63,648 bases of DNA from positions 1,674,353-1,738,000 of the forward strand of contig NW_026867509.1 in the NCBI RefSeq assembly GCF_020745735.1, written 5' to 3'. This DNA comes from Hemiscyllium ocellatum (Eukaryota). The position numbers were made by a program, and so were the translations under genes. How positions within the stretch are numbered: the stretch's first letter is position 1; each line of letters begins with the position of its first letter. Shown piece by piece: positions 62,513-63,648 of this stretch. The notes beneath the pieces were generated by a model. That model was given only the letters and a program-made list of their open reading frames with translations, was not told the DNA's origin and did not search any database.

Positions 62513-63648
62513 TGTTTTGACGTTTTCCATCGATCAGAGTGACTCAGTGCATAAAATATTCTCTCCGACTAAAAAACTAAATAATGTTTGTGCGTTTCGT
62601 GCTTCACTACCTGAGATATGACCAGTTCATTTTCCAGCCTTTACATCGCCTGTTATTAAGACAAATGGAAAATAAATACCAGCCGAAGAAGTGTTTTTAT
62701 GGATGTGAGACAAAACTGTCTTCTATGCATCTGATGACTGCCTTATACTTCTCGTGGTCTCGGCTAAGTCATTTGATATTCATCTATTTTGCTGCTTCCC
62801 TCCTTCCCTCTCAGTCGCCATTCTATCCTTCCTTCCTCCTTCGCCATCATTCGTGCTCAGGACTATTGCATCTATTTATTTGAATCGCTCACGTTGCCTT
62901 TTACTTTGACGTAGACCCGATGAACAGCTCATTACATCCTAAAAAATGTTCTCGACAGTTTTCATGTTCTCACTGCATCATACAATCCATGCCTCTCCTA
63001 CTAAATCTCAGATTTACTTTTGGCAGCACCAGAGATCTAGGCTCCTCCACCCCGTCCCAGCCTCTACACACCAAACCTTGACATGCAGACATATATTCTG
63101 GACCTAAAGTCAAATGTAACTCTCGTTCCTTTAACCACAAGAAAATCAAGGTTATTTTCTTGATTTCCCAACATTGCGTTTTGATCAATGTTCTAAAAAG
63201 CAAACAGAAACGATGCTTTGCTTGTACTACAGACAATTAATACATCTGCCAGGTCCTGATTGTTATTCCTCTCCTTTCCCTGTGTGAATATTGTTAAGGG
63301 TCAAAGGACACAATCTGGTGGTGGTTTCGGAAAAATTACGCGTCCATTTTCAATCAGAGAAATTTAATGTTTCTGCTATTTATTCTGCAATGAAATCGAT
63401 ATTATCATGAGGACAAACAATTGCTCCTCAATTTCAACTATTGAGGACATCTACATTGTTATTTATCTGTTTTTACTCACACTAATAACTTAATTTTTTT
63501 TTAAAAATGTGTGTCATACATTCTTAGGAAGTGAACGTATCCACTAAAGTTTCTTGCATATTATTCATGCTGTAATAGGGCTAGGATTTATAGAAGTTTC
63601 AACATTCATGCAAATTGAAAATGTAATGCAACAGGTGAATTGAACACC

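Overview
Eukaryotic genomic DNA from a cartilaginous fish (inferred from HE1-like SINEs, shark-type CR1 and Penelope repeats and NAR-type V genes): part of the V region of the T-cell receptor alpha/delta locus. The centrepiece is a complete, apparently functional NAR-TCR cassette on the + strand. It runs leader (12623-12665), IgNAR-like V (12798-13085, 23-RSS), one D (13467-13481, 12/12-RSS), J (13859-13911, 23-RSS), a 5.2-kb intron, then a leaderless supporting TCR-delta V (19105-19414) with the expected CDR1 cysteine. That supporting V is followed by a tandem array of three ~60-bp RSS units; the second is a perfect-consensus 23-RSS and could add an 18-residue germline CDR3 extension. The window also holds one intact inverted TCR alpha/delta V (53387-52501), four clear V pseudogenes, and weaker V remnants and an orphan leader. 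Four clear copies and one very degenerate copy of a GPR139/GPR142-like GPCR are interleaved with the V genes, one intact except for a single TGA. The rest is decayed CR1 and L2-like LINEs, SINEs, Penelope-like elements (including an inverted pair) and a Gmr1-type Gypsy element with integrase upstream of RT. Most ORFs in the supplied track are spurious or transposon fragments. Repeat boundaries are approximate; V, D, J, RSS and splice coordinates were counted by hand.
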